The notes beneath the pieces are model-generated. The model was not told the DNA's origin. It searched no databases and saw only the letters and a program-made list of their open reading frames with translations. From NCBI GenBank assembly GCA_904063045.1, contig CAJFCJ010000081.1:1-51143 (forward strand): a stretch of 51,143 bases of DNA, given 5' to 3'. Positions 11,739-25,709 of this stretch are shown one piece after another; position 1 is the stretch's first letter; each line of letters opens with the position of its first letter. This DNA is from Dimorphilus gyrociliatus (taxonomy: Eukaryota > Animalia > Annelida). The position numbers and the translations under genes are program-made.

Positions 11739-12782
11739 ATGAATAATTCTACATTCTTTTATCCAATGTATCCTGTCATTCCGGATACTTTGAATTGGTT
11801 TATAGGTGCAAAAGTCATTTCAACGTTGTGTTTTCTTACCGGTATATTTGGTAATGTTGTAAGTTTTATTATATTTGGAAAGAGTGGTATGAGCGAAACT
11901 ACTACGTCAATCTATCTTCGTTGTTTGGCAATTGCAGATATTGCAGTTCTATTATGTTGGTTTGGTTTAAATATGTTTTTTACAGTTGAACTAAGAGTTC
12001 TTTCCGATCAGCTAATTTTATATTTATCTTGTATGGCTAGGCATACTGTGAGCAAAATGTCTCAGCAGATTAGTTCATTAATACTGTGCGCAATGACGGT
12101 TGACAGAAGTCTGTTCATCCTTTTTCCAACAAAGGCAAAAGCCTTAGCCTCAAAGAAACGAGCGCTGTTTGTAGTTGGAGCAATAACTGTCATGTCAATA
12201 ATAGGCTACTCAATATATTTCCTAATTTATGGCAATCTATTGATTGTTGCTAATCCAAAAAAGAGAGAAACTGGAATATTTGTTTGTCTTGTTCGGGATG
12301 AAAAGTGGGAAACTTATGCCAATGATATTTCTCCAACAATTGATATTATGTTTTTGTACTATATCCCTGGAATTATTCTCCTTATAACAAATATTCTAAT
12401 ATTAAGAGCGTTAATAAATGCTGGTAGAAACAGGAAGAAACTTACAACAACTAGTCAAGATAACAAGGGTCGAAATTCATCAATTATTCTTCTCATTATT
12501 TCAACATATTTCATTCTATGTTCAATACCAAATGCAATATTATTTATATATTTAACAAGATACGTCATAGTTCCAACTCCGAATGACATTGCTTTCTTAA
12601 AAAAGGCTGGTCTTGTAACAGAACTTATAGTTAAATCGAATAGTGGTCTTAATTTCTGTTTTTACTGTATAAGTGGCAATAGATTCAGGAAAGAATTCGT
12701 AGCAATGTTTTGCGGGAGAAAATCCAACAGCAGGAATTCAAATACATCTTCGAAATCCAAAACTATATCTTCCGTCAAGTAA
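11739..12782 (+). CDS. Intronless class A peptide GPCR, copy B
   Basis: Same 347-aa protein as 3659-4702; ATG at 11739. Confidence 0.9.
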   Translation: MNNSTFFYPMYPVIPDTLNWFIGAKVISTLCFLTGIFGNVVSFIIFGKSGMSETTTSIYLRCLAIADIAVLLCWFGLNMFFTVELRVLSDQLILYLSCMARHTVSKMSQQISSLILCAMTVDRSLFILFPTKAKALASKKRALFVVGAITVMSIIGYSIYFLIYGNLLIVANPKKRETGIFVCLVRDEKWETYANDISPTIDIMFLYYIPGIILLITNILILRALINAGRNRKKLTTTSQDNKGRNSSIILLIISTYFILCSIPNAILFIYLTRYVIVPTPNDIAFLKKAGLVTELIVKSNSGLNFCFYCISGNRFRKEFVAMFCGRKSNSRNSNTSSKSKTISSVK

Positions 12783-13269
12783 CACTTTCAGATTTCATCT
12801 ACCACAGATTTTTTGTTCAAAATGACAATTGAATGAAAATTTTAGGTCCATTTATGATTGTTTTTATGACAATTAACTCAAATATTTCCCATCACCCAGC
12901 ACTTGTAAACTTTTATCAATTATTGGTGTTTTTTTTCTTCAGTTAATAAATAAGTCAAAGTATTGAAAATTAACTGTTTTTTTTCTTGAAATGGCCAGAT
13001 CTAGATTTGGCAAATTGAGTAAGAACTTCTATATGCAATAAAATAAAGAATTGCAACAATATGATCCATTAACAACCGTAATTTAGTAATAATCGTTAAT
13101 AAATTTTAGTTGACTATGGTTGCAAGAACACTATAACCAAAAAAGTGTGGCTATATTTAATATACAGTATACTATATAGGTCAGTTGGTTGTTTCACTAA
13201 AATTGAACAGCATTTGCAGATCTTTTGTTATCAAACAGCAAGAGTAACAAGTCTTCAAGAAAGTACTTT

Positions 13270-14010
13270 TTGAATAAGGAATCATTAAAATGTTCCATTT
13301 GTTTTGAACTAAGAATTTGAAAAGACCCTAGAGTGCTACCGTGCCAACATGTGTTTTGTCTACAATGTTTAAATGGTTTAAGAGTTGAGAACTTTCAAAT
13401 TCATTGCCCTGTCTGTAGAGAAGAAGGCAGGCTTCCTAATAGTGGATGTGCAGGTCCAAGAAAATGTTTCATTTCGACTTCTTGCCAAGAAATGTCTCCC
13501 CCCGAAAATACATGCGAAAAGATAAAGAATTTTCAGTATATTGTGAAACACATAATCTTGAAAGTCTATGTTCTAGCTGCTGGGAGGAAAATCACTTGAC
13601 ATGTGAAATTTGGCCTCTTGAAAAGCAAATTAAGAGAAAAGCAAAGCTAAAATCCTACTCACAAGAGGAAGATAGAGATTTTTTTAAAAAACTGAATAAA
13701 GTAAATGGTGAATTTATAGAAAATATTAAGAGAGACTTTCAAAATCGAAAATATATTTATTAAACTAACAAAAGAACAGCAAGAGAAACTTTCGACTATT
13801 TTAGAAAGAGAAAATTTAGACAATGATTTTATTACAACAAATAAATGAACTATCAAAAGAAAAGCCAACATTAGAAATCTTGAATGAAGTAATAATTAAT
13901 TACAAAATAAATACTACTGATTTGAATAAATTTTCAGTATTGATTGACCAATCAGTAGACTTTTCACAATTCTTATTTAAAAGATTAAAGAATTTGTCGA
14001 ATGTTCTATT
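13270..14010 (+). pseudogene. TRIM-like (RING - B-box - coiled coil) pseudogene, copy B
   Basis: TGA at 13318 inside the RING and the same frameshifts as copy A, so these lesions are unlikely to be copy-specific errors. Confidence 0.8.
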
Positions 14011-14304
14011 TTTGAGATTATTCATATTTTCCAGCCTTTTCTATTATCATTCCGTGCTACTACTGCAATACTTTGCAGTATATATCACTTTACAAAACAA
14101 AAGCTAATTATCATACTGGCAACATTCTCAATTGCTTTATATATTTATATTTCTTAATTAGTTTCACTAAAGAATAATTTGACATTCAAATCGGATGGAA
14201 GATTAACATGATTAAATGAAAAATTGAACAGGATTGTTCATAAATGATTATATTAATTATTTTCAAAAACATTCCTTTAACTTTATAAACATTCTAAAGA
14301 GGAA

Positions 14305-17300
14305 ATGAAACTTTTCATTCTTTTAAATTTATTTTGCAGTACATTCTCTTCTATTCGAATTAAATATCAAGATATTTTTGACAGCAATCAATTGAATTAT
14401 AGTCTACAAACAATTCATTCAGATTCAATAAAATCATACGGAATGTTAAAGGTCTACAGCAAAATTTTGCAGAATGAATATTTCGTTGTCTATTATCAAT
14501 TAAATGTTGAAGATAGGAATAATTTTTGCAAAATGATGAATTTTGATGGATTGCATTCTGTAGTAAGACCATGCGATAAAAATTCTGGTTAGATATACTG
14601 TATTACAGATTTTGCGATGAATTAACTATTATGGTACTTTGTTTTTTGATGATTCAGCAAAATACAATACAAACTCGACGGACAACGCTCTTAGTTTTGG
14701 AGAAAAAAAACAATTGTAAATAAAAAATTATTAAAGGAAGAAAATTTGTTTTCTTTATTTTTTTTCATCTAGTTCCGGTTTGGAAACTTGCCAAAACTAT
14801 CATTCTTTTCTTTGTTTAACCTGCTTTAAAAAGGAATCTCAATGTTTGTTGTTACACTGTGACTCTTCAATTCCTTTTTAGTGATTTTTATCCAATAAGA
14901 TCTCATCGCCTTGACAACCTACCATAGCATTTTTCAACTGTACAAGAAATCTACCAACAACACTCTATATAGAGTTATAACAAAAATAAAAGATATGAAA
15001 TACTTTTGTGATAAAGGTGAATATTTTATGAGAAGAAGAAAATCTTGTAAGTTTTTTTTTGGCAGTTTGCCAAATTATTGAAAATTTAATAAATATTCAT
15101 CCTTTTTTCTAGTAAGAATCTCTGATAAGGTTGAAATTGGATTGGATTATAATCAATCCAACGCGTTTTACTCTCACGACAATACTAGTGATTATAGAGG
15201 AATAAAATGTAGCTTTTTGGATATACGAGGCGTGTAGTTTGCTTGAATAATCAATCAACCAATTATCGTTCATTTACTATACAGATGTTAAAAGGACTTT
15301 GGCTAATGATTTTTATATATCATTCTTTGGTTATAGTCTTGAAAAAAAGTTCTTGAATACAGAGAGGGTACTCTTCTACTATGAGTCGAAAACTTATGGA
15401 CCACTTCCCTATTCGTTCAGCTTTTTTGAAAATATGTATAAAGCTTTGAATTCAATCTGTGGAAAATTAAATATGAGATTATATACAAGAATTCCTAATT
15501 ATAAAATCTATCGAACAAAAAACAGATGGCAACAAATGAAAGATGTCAATTTTATATTTTGTCTCTTTTTCTATTTTAAATCATTATCTTTGTTATCATT
15601 TAGGATAAGGAAAAATGCAAATCAACATTTAATCCTGACAGTCTTTCAAAGTATTTTGCAATGTCAAATTGTAAATGGATTGCCGAAAATGAAAGTTATG
15701 ACTGTGAACCAACATGGTCCTATAGGCGGACTATTTCATTCCTTAGTTATTGCGTTAAAAAAGATCCTCTAGTTGACAGTAAATTGATTTTGGTTTTAGC
15801 TAGAGTGGTTTTCCTTAGAAAGTTGACATTCATCTATTTTTCTTTTTCAGATATGAGATATAGACTGTTCAATTTTAAAAATGGTTCAATTTTGAAAAAT
15901 GGTATTTTGAACGGAAAAAATCAATTCAAAGGCGAAAGTTTTGAAGGTGTTTTCCAAATAAATTTTGAAAATTTCTGGTCGAATATCAATCCTTTTCATT
16001 TATATTCAAACGTCATTCAAGCTGCTTGTAAATATTTCGGGTTTGAATATGGAAGGTTAAGCAACTATAATGGGCGAAACTATATTCAATTAGTTCTATT
16101 CACTATAATTTGTGTAGAAACTACAGATTTAGAGAATTGCAAAATAACAAAAGCTCCTCAAAGGGTAAAAAAATCTATTTGTTCTTTAATAAAAACATTC
16201 TTTTTAAGAAAATGATAAATTTCACGTTGACAGTTTAAAGATACTAGAATTTTGACATTCAATGAAAGAAGGCAGTAAATCTATTACTTATATCGTAATT
16301 TAAATGTTACATTTATATTTTATCTTTAGCACAGTGTTCTTTGAATTGTACAATTTACAGTTTTATCCAATTATATCCTGTTTTAGGAGACGTCAATCAA
16401 AGAGTACGTATTAACCATAACCCTAACCCTAACCCTTAAAATCCTAATTAGTTAGTACTCAATCAATGAATATAAAACAGTCTGTAAAAATGAAAAAGGA
16501 CTATTGTACCATGGTTCTTGCTTTTACTTTTACCAATCGAAATATCCCATTTCGGCTAGTGATGCTGTAAGATTATGCAATAGCAGAAATTTAACGATAT
16601 TCGATTTTATAAGATTTCAAGATCTTTTCTACGTGTTCAAGTATCTTACAGCAGTAGCTTTTCTTTCCAATGATTACACTGGCCCACTTACTGATAAAGT
16701 CGGAGGTTTTTCTTTTAAGATACTCTACAAATAGATTAACATAATATCCTCATTTTGCAGCTGTTAAAGAATTCAGCATTCCAACTGGTAAAAATGGCAT
16801 TTAATTTTTTTCTAATTAAAACAAAATAATGTTAATTAGTTTTCAGAATGGCGGAAGATAACAGAGGATATAAACATAGAATATTTCCAAATGGATTATC
16901 CTTCAATTTGAAATTTAGCCGCTTTTTCTAGTAACAGATTATCTTCTTTTAAATCTTCAGTTATCTAAACTTTATGTTTCTATCTCCTTCATCTCCTCTT
17001 CCTTTTCAGTTTTGAGACTAAAGATCAGGTGAAGACAATGAATGTGAAAATAGATGATAAAATTAACTGTTACGAGTTGAAGAATGATCAGTTAGTTTGG
17101 ATTGATATAAAATATCGTGCAGTGCCTTGTTTGCAGGAGAAGTATCAATATTACTTTTGCTACGAACGTGTTGGTGAGTTTAATGCTGTCAACATTAAGT
17201 TATCATCCCATCTAAAAAATAATTCCACTCATTTTGAATATTTCACTCAGGAACGAATTATAAAGATATTATGAATGATTTAATATCTGTTGAAAATTTT

Positions 17301-20094
17301 TCAAATTGTTCATTCAACAGTTTCCTATGTCAAAATTCGAAAAACTGCATTAACGCCATTTATGTTTGCGATGGAATTTTTGATTGTAGAGATGGCGAAG
17401 ACGAAATCAATTGTACAACCAATGATGAGAAACGTCTCTTCTACTGCAATACAACTGTAACTATTCCCTATCAATTTGTTTGTAATTTCATTTCGGATTG
17501 TCCCAACAACATGGATGAAAAATATTGCAGTTGTATCATTTTAAATAATATACTTAACGTAATACTGACTTTTATTTTTCAGCCTACATTTGTCCTAAAT
17601 ACTATAAGTTCGTTAAAAGACAAAATATTAAATTTTTTTAATAGTTACGTAATGTGTTTCTTTTTTATTTAAAAACAACAAAGGCAATGCAAAAACAAAC
17701 AATGCATAAATAAAGATAACTTTTGTGATAATAACCAAGAATGTTTCGACAAATCAGACGAAGAAAACTGTATTGTGAACAATACTTGTTTGTCATCAAA
17801 TTTTCAATCAAATTATAAACAATGCTAATAAACACACAGATTGCAGAGGAAAAACGCAATTTTTATGCGATGGAAAGTGTTCAAGTACAGTATTTCAATG
17901 CGATGCAGATATTAATTGCCTTTCGAAAAGGGATGAATTTGGATGTGGGTTGCGGAAAAAGAAAGAAAGATGTGAATTGACCTATGACAATGACGGACTA
18001 TTGAAAAAAGTCTATTCAACATATTGGAAAATATATTACTGCAATGATAAAATCTGTAATGTAGGTTATTACCAATGTAACATCTATAAATATTGTATAT
18101 CAATTAGTCAAGTTTGCGACGGTATAAGTCACTGTCCTTTCCACGATGACGAATTATATTGCGGTGGGAAGACTTTTATCATTTGTTTCTTTATTCTTTT
18201 CTTCTCTTTCATTCTTTGATTTTAATAGAAAATTTTAATCCAAGTGGTTTTTTCAAATGTAAAAATGAAGAATATTTTATACATCTGAACAAAGTTTGTA
18301 ACAATCATTCAGATTGTAAATACAGTAGTGACGAATTATTTTGTGCCAATCAACATAACTGCCTGAAAAACTGTACTTGTAACATTCCATACGAAATTAA
18401 TTGTCCTTTCGACAAAAGGAACAAAATGACAAAATTGAATTTAGATTCTCTTCTAATCACCAATTTTAAAACTATTGAAATTCATTCAAAGACATTATAC
18501 TACGCGAATATTGCTGTTGTGTCAAATTACGAAATACTTCAATTACGTTTAATTGATATTATTTGGAAAAATTCTTTAAATATTGCTCATATTTTACCAA
18601 ATTTAATCTCTTTAATTATGGAAAATAATGAAATTGTTCATTTAGAGAATATTTTCACTCAAAGTATGGCCATATTGCAGTATTTAAGCTTAAAAAGAAA
18701 TCCTATTAGCAATATTGATCTACTATCCAAAATTCATCTGAATCAACTCTATTCAATTGATCTATCATCTATTAAGGTCAAGGTCATTAAGGATAAGATA
18801 TTTTCTAAAATGAAACGTTTGAGATACGTCTATTTGATAAATTTGAAACTTTTATATATAAAAGAGAAAGCGCTATGGCCATTGAGTAATGTCAAAGAAT
18901 TACATTTGAACGATACCAGTTTTTCATTGAAGAATACAAAAAGGTTGTTTGAAAATCTAACAAATCTTAAAGTTCTGTTTAGTTCATATAGCGATTTGTG
19001 TTGTTATGCAAAAGTCTATTCATATGACCTGACAGTTTGTCTTCCGGTTGAGAATGCTATTAGTACGTGTTTCCATTTAATTGGGTCATATTCATTAAGA
19101 ATTTCCATATGGTTGATTAGTATAATCTCCCTATTGGGTAATATATTGACAATTTGCGCAAGAATTCCATCATCTTTAAACAAAGGAATTAACATAGCCA
19201 GTTTTTTTTTAAATCTATCCGACCTATTTATCAGTATATATTTAATATCAATAGCCGTGGCTGATCAAGTATACAGAGGCAGATATGTACTCAATCATTA
19301 CTATTGGCAAATAGAATTTGGTTGTAAATATTTAGGTTGTTTTTTAAATTTTTCATTGCTAATGTCAATGGGATGTTTACTTTGTATATCAATTGAAAGA
19401 TATATGATAATATCTAATCCTTTTGTGAAGAGGAGCCGCTACATTATCCTAACAGAGTTGATAATTACATTGCTCTTATCATTCATACTAGCAATTCTAC
19501 CTTTTCAACTTTTTGAAGTAAACAATAAATAAATCTATTCAATTTATTCAATTCAATTCAACGAATTTAATGAACCCCATTAAATTTAGGGATATTATTC
19601 AAATACCTCAATTTGTTTTTCTCTATATATTCAAGGTAAAAAATTTAATGGTTGGATATATTCAACAATTCTATTTGGTATATTAACAATGTCAATTTCG
19701 TTAATTATCTCTTTTCTCTATTTTAAAATATTCTCAACCGTTCAACGTTCCGCCAAAGACTGCAAAAGTCAAAATAATAATAATAATCATATTTCTGATA
19801 AATTAGCAGTTAATATCTTCTTAATTGTTATCAGTAATTGTCTTACTTGGCTTCCATTGTCACTGTTAAGTAAGCTCTTTTTTTCAACATAAAAACTATA
19901 TATAGAATTGTATTTTTCATCCAATAGGCATCTATACTACTTTTGGAACAATGCCAATTAATACGGAGCGATATAAATGGCTAATATTAATATTTATTCC
20001 ATTAAATTCAATGCTAAATCCATTTATATATACTCTTGGAGAAATTCGGAATAGGAAGAAAAGTGCTCAGAGAAGAAGAGAGGAAAAAATGTAA
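14305..20094 (+). CDS. GRL101: Multi-exon GRL101-like receptor: signal peptide, C-type-lectin-like modules, 6 LDLa, LRRs, 7TM
   Basis: LDLa repeats 17300-18340 (e.g. CDGIFDCRDGEDEINC) joined by short GT-AG introns. LRRs, DLCC hinge, TM1 LGN, ERY; intron after ~19517; final exon LNSMLNPFIYTL...EEKM* (TAA 20092-20094). CTL motifs GSCFYF/AVRLC at 16500-16580. The part from ~16450 appears intact; exons in 14590-15250 contain apparent stops, so the 5' model is uncertain. Confidence 0.8.
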
Positions 20095-21015
20095 GATAAA
20101 AAGTTTTTTGGCAAAATTCCAAAAAAATAAAAAATAATGAAATATTATATTTTCAGAGAGAATAAAATTGATAATGCGATTAAAAATATCATTTCAAGAT
20201 GTTAGTTTCTCATTCTATTCCTAAATCATTTCTAAAACTATTTTCATTCTTGTGCTGTAGTTTTACTATTCTTACAAAGTAAAGGTACAATACTGCAGCA
20301 GCATCAAAATCTGGATCATCGAAAAAGATTGTCCGCTATGGAAGATTTGTACAAAAATTTAAAATATTACAACTGCATCAAGTCCATTATGACAACTATT
20401 AACTCATTACACAACAATCAAATATCATTCAATAGGCCTATTGACCATAGTTGTATTCTGGTTCAGGTTTTAGAATATTTTTTATTAAACAAACAGACAA
20501 ACCAAAGAATGACATTTTCTGTGAAAAATTTCAGGACTCAATCTACTCTTTGTGCTTTACTCAAAATCTCTGCTTTCTTTCAACTGAAAATGAAAAGAAG
20601 GATATTGAATCTTTTGGAATGTTTGTAAGAGGAATTCTTCAGCAACGTTCTTTGTTTGCCAAAAAAATGTTATGCTAATCATTCTTAGTTTTTCCCTGTG
20701 AAATACAGAAAAACACAATCAATCAATGATATTTCAACTTTTCAAGAGAATTATACTTTCTGACTATTTGTTTTGTTTTACATTGTTGAAAATGTTTACT
20801 TTTCTTCCTGGCAGTAATATTTTCATCACAACAATCACTACAATCTCTTCCTCACCCACTTTTCCCATTTTCTAAAATACATTGTGTAGCGTATCAGACA
20901 GCTACAGTGCTTTTTTCAATCATCCATTGAAAATAGTATTGAAATAAGTCAACATTTTCCAAAAATGGCATTTCTTAGAGGATGCTGGTGAACATCTTTT
21001 ATAACTACAAATCAA

Positions 21016-21212
21016 TGTACAACTTTTGTTATCATTTATGCCTGAACTATATTGCTTTATGCAACTTACATATGTACCTCTCAAAACCTATGCAAAAAAA
21101 TGCTATAACATTGGCCAAACACAGATCTGATTAGTCAGCTTGAAGGCTCATCTTTAATTACCAATTAAGGTTATAATTCAATTAACCTTCCTAAATGTTG
21201 AACCTTGTAACT
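21016..21212 (+). mobile_element. 5' part of solo-LTR-like family (TGTACAAC... family)
   Basis: Starts tgtacaactttt; matches the reverse complement of ~49690-49934. Confidence 0.7.
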
Positions 21213-21554
21213 GTTCAATATTCCTTAGAAAGTCACTAGACTTTACCAGAAATATATAGCAATATAGAAGTTTTAGCACAAAGCATTTTCCATTCATCCA
21301 AAAGTAGAAAACATGTATAATACTTATCTCTTTATATATTTAGTGAAAAATATGTTGAAACAATAACTCCAAAATTCTTGAAGCATTGTCAAAAATATTT
21401 TAGATCTTTTACACACAGTTCCGGACAAAGATACAGGAGGAAGAGAAAAAATCAATAATAGAAATACAGATTTCATAAAACATTTATATAAAGGAAAGAG
21501 AAAAATAGTTTGACAGGTTATTGTTAATGAAGGCAACCAAGACAAAAGAAGTAC

Positions 21555-21730
21555 TCAAACAAATAGAACCTTTTAAACTTGTCCACAAATAATCTTAATA
21601 AATGTAATTTAAACACTTGTATTTTGTTCAAAGAAAATGTATTGACTAAAGTGAGCTTCTAGTTCTAAACAGACTAGTTTAGATGGCAAGCTGATGATTG
21701 GAGAACTGAACTATCAGCTGTTAATTTCTC
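21555..21730 (+). repeat. Dispersed repeat, second copy at ~26130-26330
   Basis: caaatagaacc...gtccacaaata...gagcttctagttctaaaca...gagaactgaactatca shared. Confidence 0.75.
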
Positions 21731-21749
21731 AGGGTTTAAACACTCTTTA

Positions 21750-23080
21750 AAGACTTGAAGGTTGACGAATTTCAATGTTTATAAAAACATTAGTGACAAT
21801 TTAAGACAAGGAAAAATTCAAAAATATGGTCATGTTTTTATTGATGTCTTCTTGTAAATAATAGTTGATTTTCGAAAGTTGAAGAGTTACATAAAATGTA
21901 ACAATTTTGATACAAGTCCAACAATGAAGAAACTATAAGCATTGTATATTTGATCATTTTTGTATTCTACTGTAACAGTAATAATTAATGACTTCAGTTA
22001 ATAAATTTGGCATCTGGATAAAAGGAGGAAGGTTAGTTGGAATATCCTTTGAAGACAAAGTTAGATTTCTGGAAAATCCACTCTTGTCAACCATTGTGGG
22101 AAAGTTTGAAGAAAGTTTCGCTAAAAATGTCATGAGGTCCAGACTTGATCGGCAATTTTCAACTGATCATATAAGTATTTCGTGTTTAGATTTTGCCTGC
22201 TGAAAATGCCCACCTTCTTCATGTTTACCCAAACAAAGGCATTTTGATAGTCTCTAGCAAAAGAATGGCATTATATTATTGTTTCTTGTTTTTTATAGAC
22301 TCTTTAAGCAGTATAGAATTGCAAAGATGCGTGATGATCAGTAGTATAACAGTTACAGTTTGCGAAATTAGGCACAAAATGCAAAAAATACAAAAATGTC
22401 AACTTCTATGGATTGCACTCAATGGATTGTGAAAAGAAAATTTCGAGTACATCAGATGTAAAGAAGAGATGAGTAAAGAGAAGAACTAAGAAAATGGGGG
22501 TTGATTGAAATCGTATCCCGTTTAAAGGAAAATATTTAAGCATTTAATAAATTCATAGATTTAAAAAAGCTGTCTTTGTTATGTAAAACTAAAGTATGCT
22601 ATTTAGGTGGCACTTTTAAATTTATGAACATACTTTGTTTGTATTCTAGTAACTTTTAAACTTTGTATAACATCCTTAGCTTTTTACATTTTGGAGACAT
22701 TTTCATAAATATATATTCATTATTAATTATGATATTCTCACTATATTACCATTAGTTCCGTAGTTAGAACAATTTTTTTACCATTGAAATATCATTTCCT
22801 ATTCCTTGGAGATATAAAGTATTTCCCAGCAACTCTAACACTCTCAAAAATGCACAATTCTTAAGTAATGTCACTAATTTTTGTGAATAAAACTTTAAAC
22901 TACAATGATTAAGATTTTTATTTCCAGATTATTAAGATTATTAGTAATTACTGTTATTAATATCTCACCAGAGTTTTTAATTTGAGTGGCATAGGCATAA
23001 ATTCTGTCAATTCTGTAAAATTTTTCAGAATTTTTATCATCCATTTTAAAGTCCAATTGATCACATTCACAGAAATTGAT
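21750..23080 (-). pseudogene. Highly degraded RNI-like LRR remnant
   Basis: Minus-strand fragments such as NLNHCSLKFYSQKLVTLLKNCAFLRVLELLGN, with many stops and frameshifts. Confidence 0.35.
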
Positions 23081-23116
23081 TATTTCAGTTTTGTTTGATG
23101 GTAGAAAATTGGTAGC

Positions 23117-23256
23117 GGGTGAAACCGTACCAGTGTGACACCATACCTGAGTGAAATCGTACCCATAAAAATATTAGGTCTTTTTAATTTTATTATTTTG
23201 AATTGTAATAATGGAACCTACAAAAATAAAAACCCGGGTACGGTTTCACCCCTATT
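23117..23256. mobile_element. ~140-bp MITE of the MULE family at 45238-46550
   Basis: TIRs gggtgaaaccgtacc (23117) and gggtacggtttcacccctattc (23236-23256), identical to the right end of the larger element. Confidence 0.75.
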
Positions 23257-23339
23257 CTAGAAACTTGAACAGCATTTCAATGTTCTTTTCTGTTAAAAAA
23301 ATAGATTTTCAACATCTTTTTTATTGAGTAATAAATTTT

Positions 23340-24466
23340 TAAGGTATAAAGCAGAGAGTAATTATTCAATTTCTTGTATCACAAGTTATTGCAATCAATA
23401 TTCATAAGCAATCAAAAGTTTTTTTGATAGTACAACACTTAGGAAAGGTTCAGTAAGAAAGTGGGTTAAAGAATTTAAAGGAGGAAGAACAAATATTCTT
23501 GATGAAGACAGACCAGGATGCACAAGAACAGTCAGTATCAATGAAATAAGGACAGAGTTATGGCTCTAATCAGATATAATAGGAGAATAAGCCAGGCTGA
23601 GTTATCTCAAACATTGAATATAGGCCATTCAGTTGTTGAAGGTTTGATTACAAGTCTTGGATTGAAAAAGATTATCTCAAGATAGATTCCCTACCAACTT
23701 AATTGGGAACAGAAAGACATAAGGGTGGAGAGGTCTACAGAATTCCTAGAAAAGTATGGTGAAGGAGAGAATTTTATGTCAAAAATTGTTACAGGAGATG
23801 AAACATGGGTATTCTATCATGAATCATTAACTAAAAGAGTTTCTTTAGAATACCATACAAAACTATCACCACCACCAAAAAAGGTTGAGGCAGGTAAGTC
23901 AGCAGACAAACTAATGGCATGTGTGTTTTGGTATAGGGAAGGGCTTATTCACCTGGAATTTCTAAATTCACATATCAGAATAAATTCAGAAATTTGCATC
24001 AACATTCTAAAGCGATTAAAACAAAGAATAAATAGAATCAGGCCTAATAGAGAAGTGATTTTTTTGCAAGACAATGCCAGATCTCACACCAGCCTACAAA
24101 CAAGCCAATATCTTCAAACAACTGGATGGGTAATGCTGCCTCATCCAGCCTACAGCCCAGATCTTGCTCCATCAGACTATTATCTTTTCTGGAAATTGAA
24201 GGACCATCTTTGCAGACAAATATTTGAAAATGATGATGAATTAAAAACAGCAGTCAGGGCCTTTTTTAGGTCCAAACCGCTCTTATACTTCGCCAAAGGA
24301 ATTGATATGCTTCCCGCCAGGTGGCAAACATGCATTGACAATAATGGGGAATTTGAAGCTAAATAGACATACCTAGGACATTAATTAACATTTATGAATA
24401 AGCATATTTTGTAATTTTTTTTTAGCTGTTAGACACAAACGGCGAGAATTTTCCGGGTGACCCTAA
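23340..24466 (+). mobile_element. Mariner (DD34D) transposon, left end missing, N-terminal HTH frameshifted
   Basis: TGDETW, LQDNARSH-(34 aa)-D, YSPDLAPSDY motifs in ORF 23725-24366; degraded HTH (VRKWVKEFKGGRT) upstream; right end ...ccgggtgaccctaa followed by TA. Confidence 0.93.
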
Positions 24467-24845
24467 TATATATATATTAATATATCTGCTCATTGATGTT
24501 TGATTGGAATTGTTAATAAATATGTTAAATGACACAAAATACAAAAATTGCTCAAAATTTGTGTATTTTATATTAACATATATGTTGTCATATTAATAGA
24601 CAAAAGTTAAGATCACAACAACTAAATGAAATTGATTTTGAAATTATCTTTACACAAGATAATTTCTTCACAGTGATATTATTGTGAATAATCAATATCA
24701 ACAAGACGATGTTAGTTATTTCACATTTAGTGAAAACATATTTTAAAAAGGGAAAAGTACATCTTACAATTTATTCTATTGAAAAAGAATGAATGAAGTG
24801 TTTAAAGATGCCATTTCATGTGATACATATCATAATTCTATAATA

Positions 24846-25144
24846 CAGTCACGACAATAAGTAATTATAACAAGGGATAAAAAGTTTTAAACATGTGAAT
24901 TTTTTGACGACCAAAATATGTTTATAGTCTAGATTACTTCACAAGCTATTAAGTAATTTGAAGACAGTTGCTATGACGTTACAATTAAGAGTTATTATCT
25001 CCCAGATCACAAACAATAACAAGGAAAATGGAATTTTAGATTACAAAAAAATGAAGATTTAAACCAAACTGGACAGCACAAGAAATTTTATAATTACCTT
25101 ATAAAACCTTTTTTCTTTGTACTAATTACTTATTGTCGTGACTG
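24846..25144. mobile_element. Tc1/mariner-type MITE (299 bp) with TA target duplication
   Basis: TA-cagtcacgacaataagtaatta ... taattacttattgtcgtgactg-TA: 22-bp perfect TIR flanked by TA on both sides. Confidence 0.88.
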
Positions 25145-25709
25145 TATAAATGGAACTGCATTTCTAAGGAAATGTACTGCAGGATAGCTCCTGCTATCAA
25201 CGGAAATTGTGTGTTCATTTATCTTTTTCTAACATTATCCAAAATCAAAGTAACTTAGATCGGTGACATAAATATATAAATATATTGAGGTAGGTTTCAA
25301 CCTTCCAAGGGGACGTTCGCGCCCCCACCCTTTTATTCTTCCTAAGCCACTTTCAAACCAAAATCTAGATTTGAAATTCCCCATTTAAGGATATTTTTTC
25401 TCAACCCTTATTTAAACACTTAATTTTAATCAGAAAAAATTTCTTTGGCGGTGAACTTGAAGTTCTATAACACTGTCACAGAAAATAAACTCAATGATAA
25501 CTTATCATTATCTTTTCTAATACTAGTTTTTGACCTTAATCAAAATTTTTTTTATAATCTAATTGTACAGTTATCAAATACTCGTACTCATTAAATGCAT
25601 GTCATTTCAGGCATATAGGATAAAGAATTATATTTCATGTATGTGTAACTCACTTTTCTGCTCTTGACTTTTTTGTAAAAAATGAAATTAAGACTGAACA
25701 GAACGTTGC

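Larger units (their letters stand above)
8061..15386 (+). repeat. Segmental duplicate copy B (better-quality copy)
   Basis: Collinear with 1-7303; reading frames broken in copy A are intact here. Confidence 0.97.

Noticed and set aside
16410-16440. (CCCTAA)n as a true telomere or fusion scar
   Set aside because: Only 2-3 units, embedded in an intron and part of a dispersed element family.
20329-20678. Overlapping 99-aa and 75-aa ORFs
   Set aside because: Look like a frameshifted coding remnant, but I recognise no family, so I do not call it.
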